From contig JBILLP010000001.1 of the NCBI GenBank assembly GCA_044376025.1, positions 1 through 31,204 of the forward strand: DNA of 31,204 nucleotides, written 5' to 3'. Position 1 is the first letter of the stretch. Every line of letters begins with the position of its first letter. This document shows positions 25,453 to 31,204 of this stretch, piece after piece. Below the pieces are notes generated by a model, which had not been told where the DNA came from, searched no databases, and worked only from the letters and a program-made list of their open reading frames with translations. The DNA is from Bradymonadia bacterium (lineage in GTDB: Bacteria; Myxococcota_A; Bradymonadia; REDH01). Made by a program: the position numbers and the translations under genes.

Positions 25453-26211
25453 ATGCCCGTCCAGCCGATCGACCTCGCCCGACACCTGCACGAGCACCTC
25501 GCCGTCGCGAGGTTCCCGGACTTCTGCCCCAACGGGCTGCAGGTCGAGGGACGCCGCCCGATCCGCAGGCTCGCGGTCGGCGTCACGTCGAACCTCGCGC
25601 TGATCGAGACCGCCATCGAGGCAGACTGCGACGCGATCATCGCCCACCACGGGCTCTTCTGGAACAACGACCCGCGGTCGCTCACGGGCTGGCGGGCGGA
25701 GCGGCTCCGCCGCCTCTTCGCGCAGGATCTCTCGCTCTTTGCCTATCACCTGCCGCTCGATGCGCATGCCGAGCTTGGCAACAACGCGGGCATGCTGCGC
25801 TCGATGGCCATCGAGCCGACCCGGCCCTTCGTGGTCGATGGCATGCCGCTCGGCTGGAGCGCGCAGATCGAGGCGGGTCTGGCACGCGAGGACTTCATCG
25901 ACAGGGTGATCGCGGTGACCGGCCGCGAGCCGCTGGTCTTTGGCGAGTCGCCCGAGATCGTGCACCACCTGACGGTGCTGAGCGGAGGCGGGGCGAAGTA
26001 CTTCGAGCAGGCGGTGGCAGAGGGCGCCGACCTCTATGTGACCGGCGAGCCCGCAGAGTCGTCGCAGGCGCTCGCAGAGGAGCTGGGGCGCAGCTTCGTG
26101 GCAGCCGGACACCACGCAACCGAGCGGTTCGGGCCGCAGCTCCTCGGCAAGCACATCGCGGAGCGGTACGGGATCGAGCTCGTGGTCGTGGACATCGACA
26201 ACCCGGTGTGA
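25453..26211 (+). CDS. Nif3/YbgI-like dinuclear metal-centre hexameric protein
   Basis: DFCPNGLQVEG, AHHGLFW, YHLPLDAH.ELGNN, SGGG, YVTGE, AGHHATERFG. Confidence 0.93.
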   Translation: MPVQPIDLARHLHEHLAVARFPDFCPNGLQVEGRRPIRRLAVGVTSNLALIETAIEADCDAIIAHHGLFWNNDPRSLTGWRAERLRRLFAQDLSLFAYHLPLDAHAELGNNAGMLRSMAIEPTRPFVVDGMPLGWSAQIEAGLAREDFIDRVIAVTGREPLVFGESPEIVHHLTVLSGGGAKYFEQAVAEGADLYVTGEPAESSQALAEELGRSFVAAGHHATERFGPQLLGKHIAERYGIELVVVDIDNPV

Positions 26212-26291
26212 CGCACCCGGCTTCGGCACGACGCCGTCGCCGCCGGAATGAGCGTCCGCGACGACCGGTTCGGGCCGGTGGGGGGTCTGCG

Positions 26292-26321
26292 TTGCCGCAA
26301 GGGCGCGGCTTCGTATAGAAC
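26292..26321 (+). promoter_or_regulatory. Possible sigma70-type promoter for the S41/M16 operon
   Basis: TTGCCG at 26292-26297 with TATAGA at 16 nt or TAGAAC at 18 nt; followed by hairpin CATCCC-ATGAC-GGGATG (26330-26346) and GGGAGA RBS. Confidence 0.35.
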
Positions 26322-26360
26322 GCCTCCATCATCCCATGACGGGATGCGGGAGAAGAACGC

Positions 26361-29300
26361 ATGCGCCGATACCTGGGCCTGGTTCGATACGGGGTCGCCA
26401 TCGTGGCGCTCCTCGTGGGGTTTGCATTCAGCATCCGGTTCGGGGAGCGGGGCTTCGTGCTCGACCACGGGGGCGGCGGCACGCTCGCCACCGCCAACGC
26501 CGCTCCCGGCGAGTACGACCTCGCCGCGCTGCGGCTGCTCGGGACCGTGACCCTCAACGTCACGAGCAGCTACGTCGAGCCCGATCGCGTCGATCCCAAG
26601 AAGATGCTCGTCGCAGCGATCGACAAGGTTCAGAACACAGCGCCCGAGGTGGTGGCGATCTTCTCACCCGACATGGACGACGACCCGCAGTCGGTCGAGA
26701 TCCGGGTCGGCACCGAGTCCAAGTCTTTTGACATCTCGAAGGTCTCCTCGCTGTGGGAGGTCCCGCTCCGGCTGCGGCCGATCTTCCAGTTCCTCCAGAC
26801 GCGGGTCGACACGCAGGAGACGAAGCTCCAGAACCTCGAGTACGCCGCGATCAATGGCATGCTCGACACCCTCGACCCGCACACGACGCTGCTCGATCCG
26901 GACATCTACGAGGAGATGAAGAACGGCAACCGGGGCAACTTCGGCGGACTCGGCATCACCATCGGCATCCGCGACGGCGAGCTGACCGTCATCTCGCCCA
27001 TCGAGAACACGCCGGCCTCGCGTGCCGGGTTCAAGTCAGGCGACCGCATCGTGAAGATCAACGATGAGTCGACGGTCAACATGCCGCTCGATGAGGCTGT
27101 CAGCAAGCTGCGGGGGCCGCCCCAGACCCAGGTCTCGGTCGAGGTCACCCGCCACGGCTGGTCTGAGCCGCACAAGTTCACGCTGACCCGCGAGATCATC
27201 GAGGTGGTCTCGGTGTCGTCGAAGGCGCTGGGCGACGGGCTCGCGTACGTCGAGATCCGGCAGTTCCTTGGCAACACGGCCGATGAGGTGGGCGACGCGC
27301 TCGGCTCGATGTCGCGTGAGATGGGCGGCATCAAGGGGCTGATCCTCGACCTCCGGAACAACCCCGGCGGGCTGCTGCGCGAGGCGGTCGGCGTCTCGGA
27401 CCTCTTCTTGCAGTCCGGCACGATCGTCGCGACCGTCGCGCAGGGCGACAAGGTGCGTGATGAACAGCGAGCCCGGCAGCAGGACACACAGCCGAACTAC
27501 CCGATCGTCGTGCTCGTCAACCCCGGCTCCGCCTCGGCCAGCGAGATCGTGGCGGGGGCGCTCAAGAACAACCGCCGCGCGATCGTCATCGGCGACCGGA
27601 CCTTCGGCAAGGGTAGCGTACAGAACATCATCGAGCTCGATGACGGCTCGGCGCTCAAGATCACGGTCGCCCAGTACCTGACGCCCGGGGACATCTCGAT
27701 CCAGGGCGTCGGCGTGATCCCCGACGTTCAGCTCGTGCCGGTGCTGATCGACGACAAGGGCGTCGATCTCTACCCGAGCGACGAGATCGTTCGAGAGGGC
27801 GACCTCGAGACGCACCTCCTCTCGACGCACACCGCCGCGGAGTCTGAGCGGCCGAGTTCGCTGATCAAGTTCTACCAGCCCGCCGAGGAGGAGCCCGACG
27901 AGGGCACGGTCGTCGACCCCACGGAGTTCAAGATGGACATGGAGATCGGCATCGCGCGGGACATCCTGCGGGCGGCCGGCACGACGTGGGAGCGCACGGA
28001 GCTGTTGGCCAAGGCGCAGCCGGCGATCGAGAAGGCATCGCAGACCCAGTTCGAAGACATCAAGCAGCGGCTCGAGACCGCCGGTGTCGACTGGACCCCC
28101 GCGGAGAACGTCATCCAGCCGGTCAAGCTCGAGATCACGTCCGACAAGCGGAACAACGAGGCCTCGGTGGGCGAGACGATGAAGCTGACGGTGACCGCGA
28201 CGAACCAGGGGACGCGCGCGCTGCACCAGGTCAGGGCGGTCACCGAGAGCACCTACGACCTCTTCTCCGATCGCGAATTCGTCTTCGGCCGCCTCGACGC
28301 CGGGCAGTCCCGCTCCTGGACCGTCGAGGTCGAGGTCCCCAAGGAGGACGTCGCCCGGATCGACCAGGTCAAGGTCAAGGCGTTCGCCGACCAGATCGAC
28401 CTGCAGAGCAGCGCGGCGCTCTTTGTCCAGGTCAACGGGCAGGCGCGGCCCCACTTCGCCTTCTCGTACTGGATTGACGACAGCGAGGGCGGCAACGGCG
28501 ACGGCCTTCTCCAGGTCGGCGAGTCGGTGAAGTTCTTGATGACGGTGCACAACACCGGCGAGGGTGCCGCCGACCGGACACAGGTCGCGATCCGCAACAA
28601 GTCCGAATCGGCGGTGTTCATCACGACCGGGCGGTCCGAGACACCGGCGATCGCGGCGCGCGGCACCTTCTCGCCGGTGTTCGAGTTCACCGTGAGGGCG
28701 CAGCCGCCCGAGCGCTCGATCAAGCTCGACGCCGAGGTGTATGACACGGTCTACCGCGAGTTCCTGCGGGAGTCGCTGCTGCTGCCGGTCGGCACCTCGG
28801 AGCAGGCGACGCCCGGGCGCGAGGCGACCGGCTCACTGCTCGTGTCGGCGCACAAGGCCCCGATCTATGCCGGAGCGAGCGACGCGACCTCGCTGCTGGC
28901 AGAGGCGGACAAGGACGCCGTGTTGACCGTGCGGCGCGCCCGGGACGGCTGGTACTTCGTGACGTGGGACGGCGGCTCGGGCTGGGTGCCCGAGGCCGCG
29001 GCCCAGTTCAGGCCGGAGCCGGCGCCGTCGAAGGGGACCGTCACGCCGCGGATCCAGTTCCAGGCACCCTTCATCGACATCAACGCGGCGGCGCTGCGCA
29101 CCTCGACGCCGAGCTACACGCTCAATGGCGTGGTCAGCGATGACAACCAGGTCCGCGACCTGTCGGTGCTCGTCTACAACCAGACCGGGCCGATGCAGTT
29201 CAGGGCGACCAAGCGCGCCTACCAGGCCTTCTCGGTCCCCTCGACGCCCTTTCGCGCGACCGTCCCGCTGCGCGAGGGGTTCAACCGGATCATGGTCGTG

Positions 29301-29375
29301 GCGCGCGACAACGACAAGGCGACCACCACCGAGGTGATCTACGTCTACCGGAGCCCTGCTGAACATGCCCGCTGA
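26361..29375 (+). CDS. Large carboxyl-terminal processing protease (S41A) with PDZ and C-terminal Ig-like and SH3b-like extension
   Basis: LDPHT, PDZ GGLGITIG, LILDLRNNPGGLL, catalytic SASASEIV and TFGKGSVQ; about 500 extra C-terminal residues. Confidence 0.93.
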   Translation: MRRYLGLVRYGVAIVALLVGFAFSIRFGERGFVLDHGGGGTLATANAAPGEYDLAALRLLGTVTLNVTSSYVEPDRVDPKKMLVAAIDKVQNTAPEVVAIFSPDMDDDPQSVEIRVGTESKSFDISKVSSLWEVPLRLRPIFQFLQTRVDTQETKLQNLEYAAINGMLDTLDPHTTLLDPDIYEEMKNGNRGNFGGLGITIGIRDGELTVISPIENTPASRAGFKSGDRIVKINDESTVNMPLDEAVSKLRGPPQTQVSVEVTRHGWSEPHKFTLTREIIEVVSVSSKALGDGLAYVEIRQFLGNTADEVGDALGSMSREMGGIKGLILDLRNNPGGLLREAVGVSDLFLQSGTIVATVAQGDKVRDEQRARQQDTQPNYPIVVLVNPGSASASEIVAGALKNNRRAIVIGDRTFGKGSVQNIIELDDGSALKITVAQYLTPGDISIQGVGVIPDVQLVPVLIDDKGVDLYPSDEIVREGDLETHLLSTHTAAESERPSSLIKFYQPAEEEPDEGTVVDPTEFKMDMEIGIARDILRAAGTTWERTELLAKAQPAIEKASQTQFEDIKQRLETAGVDWTPAENVIQPVKLEITSDKRNNEASVGETMKLTVTATNQGTRALHQVRAVTESTYDLFSDREFVFGRLDAGQSRSWTVEVEVPKEDVARIDQVKVKAFADQIDLQSSAALFVQVNGQARPHFAFSYWIDDSEGGNGDGLLQVGESVKFLMTVHNTGEGAADRTQVAIRNKSESAVFITTGRSETPAIAARGTFSPVFEFTVRAQPPERSIKLDAEVYDTVYREFLRESLLLPVGTSEQATPGREATGSLLVSAHKAPIYAGASDATSLLAEADKDAVLTVRRARDGWYFVTWDGGSGWVPEAAAQFRPEPAPSKGTVTPRIQFQAPFIDINAAALRTSTPSYTLNGVVSDDNQVRDLSVLVYNQTGPMQFRATKRAYQAFSVPSTPFRATVPLREGFNRIMVVARDNDKATTTEVIYVYRSPAEHAR

Positions 29376-30636
29376 CCTCCTTGACCCATCGGCGATCCAG
29401 ACGGGTCGCCTCGCCAATGGGACCTCCTGGGCCATCTGGCCCGACCGCCGCGATGCGGTCGCAACGCTCCAGATCTGGGTGTCGGTCGGCTCTCGCGATG
29501 AGGTCCCGGGCAAGACGGGCCTGGCGCACATGCTCGAGCACCTGATGTTTCGGGGCAGCCGGAGCGTCCCCGACGGGGAGTTCGACCAGCGCATGGAGTC
29601 GCTCGGCGCCCAGATCAACGCCGCGACGTGGCTCGACTTCACCTACTACACCGCCACCGCCCATGCCGGCGCGCTGCCCGAGGTGCTCCGGCTCGAGGCC
29701 GACCGCTTCGAGCACCTGCTCGTGACCGAGCCTGTGTTCAAGACCGAGCGCGATGTCGTCGCCAACGAGCGCCGCCACGTGGTGGAGTCCGATCCCGAGG
29801 CGCTGCTCGCAGAGCGCTTCTACCAGCGCATCTTCGGCGAGTCCTGCTACGGGTGGCCCACCATCGGCTGGGCCAATGATATCGCGAACTACCGCGGCGA
29901 CGACGCGATGCGCTTCTACGCGGAGGGGTACGCGCCCTCGCGCCTGCTCGTGGCCGTCGCCGGCGCGGTCGAGGTCGATGAGCTTGTCCCGCTGCTCGAG
30001 GCTACGTTCGGGTGTATCCCCGGCAGGGAGACAGTGCGGCCGGAGCGGACAACCCGGCTCGCTGCGTCGTTCTCGGACTCGATGAAGCTCGCCTTCGCTG
30101 CGCCCCGCATGCTGATCGGCTGGCCGACCGGAGGCCGGGCCTCAGGAGACTTCGCAACCTGGTGCCTGCTGCAGGAGCTGCTCGACGGTGGGGAGTCGGC
30201 GCTGCTGCCCGCGGAGCTGATGATCCGCGACAAGCTCGCGCTCGATGTCAGCGCCTCGCTCTACGAGCACGCGCTCCCCGCCGTCTTCGAGCTCGCGGTG
30301 ACCCTGCGAACCGGGGTGACTGCCGCGCAGGCGCGCGACGCGATCGGCAGGGTCCTCCGCAGGCTCGCAGACCAGGGCCCCGACCGTGACGAGCTCGACG
30401 CTGCACGAACTCGCCTGCGGACGCGCGACGCCGTCTCTCTGTCGGGGACCTACGCACGCGCAGAACAGCTCGGCGAGAGCTGGATCGTCTTTGGCGATGC
30501 GAAGACGGGACTCGACTTGCCGCGCCGGATCGCCGCCGTGGATGCCGCGATGGTGCGCGACCTCGCACGGCGGATCGTCGAGGAGAGTCCCCGCTACGAG
30601 TTGATTGGCCTGCCACTCGACGAGGCGGCGGAGTGA
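29365..30636 (+). CDS. M16-family zinc peptidase, catalytic subunit
   Basis: VGSRDE..GKTGLAHMLEHLMFRGS (HXXEH), INAAT..DFTYY, ERDVVANERR, GWPTIGW. Confidence 0.92.
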   Translation: MPADLLDPSAIQTGRLANGTSWAIWPDRRDAVATLQIWVSVGSRDEVPGKTGLAHMLEHLMFRGSRSVPDGEFDQRMESLGAQINAATWLDFTYYTATAHAGALPEVLRLEADRFEHLLVTEPVFKTERDVVANERRHVVESDPEALLAERFYQRIFGESCYGWPTIGWANDIANYRGDDAMRFYAEGYAPSRLLVAVAGAVEVDELVPLLEATFGCIPGRETVRPERTTRLAASFSDSMKLAFAAPRMLIGWPTGGRASGDFATWCLLQELLDGGESALLPAELMIRDKLALDVSASLYEHALPAVFELAVTLRTGVTAAQARDAIGRVLRRLADQGPDRDELDAARTRLRTRDAVSLSGTYARAEQLGESWIVFGDAKTGLDLPRRIAAVDAAMVRDLARRIVEESPRYELIGLPLDEAAE

Positions 30637-31204
30637 GCTTGCGCGTTCCCAGGTTCGACATCTCTGAGGCGTCGCTCACGTCGGGTGACGGGCTCGTGCT
30701 CGCCGCGGGGCCGGCCTTCGGGCTCGCCAGCCTCCGTATCGCGGTGGACCATGGCTCGGTGAGCGATGCCGCGGCCTTCGCCGGCTCGCTCGACATGGTC
30801 GCATCGATGTTCGACCGCGGCACGCGCCGGCGAGGGCGGCTCGAGCTGCACCGCGCCTTCGAGCGCATCGGCGCTTCGGCGGAGTCGCGCGTCTTCAGGA
30901 CCTCGTCGCTGTTCGACCTGACGGTGCTCGAGGAGCACCTCGACGCGGCGCTCGACCTGCTGGCGGAGTACCTGCTCGAACCGGCGTTCGACCCGGCCGA
31001 GCTCGACGACCTGGTGCAGGAGAGCACCGAGGAGGTCGAGATGCAGCTCGAGGAGCCGCAGGGGCTGCTGACCCGCATGACCGGCCGGGCCATCTGGGCC
31101 CAGCCCGCATGGTCGCGCACGGTCGACGGCTCCCGCGTGACCCGCGCCGCCCTGACGCCCGACCATCTGCGGGCGCGTCACGCTCAGGTGCTCGCTGCGC
31201 GGAT
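30633..31204 (+). CDS. M16-family partner subunit (no HXXEH seen), truncated by the window edge
   Basis: Hand translation from GTG 30633 overlapping the previous stop: ...GSVSD......LDMVASMFDRGTRRR....LHRAFERIGAS....LDAALDLLAEYLLEPAFDPAEL...; open to 31204. Confidence 0.8.
   Translation, partial: MSLRVPRFDISEASLTSGDGLVLAAGPAFGLASLRIAVDHGSVSDAAAFAGSLDMVASMFDRGTRRRGRLELHRAFERIGASAESRVFRTSSLFDLTVLEEHLDAALDLLAEYLLEPAFDPAELDDLVQESTEEVEMQLEEPQGLLTRMTGRAIWAQPAWSRTVDGSRVTRAALTPDHLRARHAQVLAAR

Noticed and set aside
1-31204. Mobile elements, rRNA, tRNA, CRISPR arrays and MYXO-CTERM substrates
   Set aside because: No transposase, integrase, terminal repeats, cloverleaf, spacer array or Cys-TM-polybasic C-terminal tail was found by inspection.

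Overview
High-GC, densely coding window whose gene content (REC-DUF4388-J protein, GYF_2/TPR membrane protein, myxosortase-like CPBP protease, very long S41 protease, extra Hsp70) points to a Myxococcota-type deltaproteobacterium; the taxonomy is inferred. Layout: (1) a minus-strand run at 1-9065 with a Cys-rich lipoprotein, a split RdgC-like pair, ManC, PMM/PGM, ROK kinase, PP2C phosphatase, START protein and a LysA-family decarboxylase cut by the window edge, the last preceded by a structured leader resembling a ykkC-family riboswitch variant; (2) a plus-strand, fully overlap-coupled four-gene operon at 9245-11407 encoding very divergent SctR/S/T and a C-terminally truncated SctU (FliP/Q/R/FlhB-like), with no other T3SS or flagellar gene in the window; (3) a minus-strand operon encoding a GYF_2-TM-TPR protein, a pseudo-receiver/DUF4388/J-domain/TPR protein and a lidless Hsp70; (4) a CPBP protease, lipoproteins, an OmpA-domain protein, UPF0262, Nif3, an S41 protease and an M16 peptidase pair. 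The best candidates for new biology are the orphan minimal export gate and the ykkC-like leader on an amino-acid decarboxylase. No rRNA, tRNA, CRISPR array or mobile element was seen. All family calls come from motif recognition by eye, not database searches.
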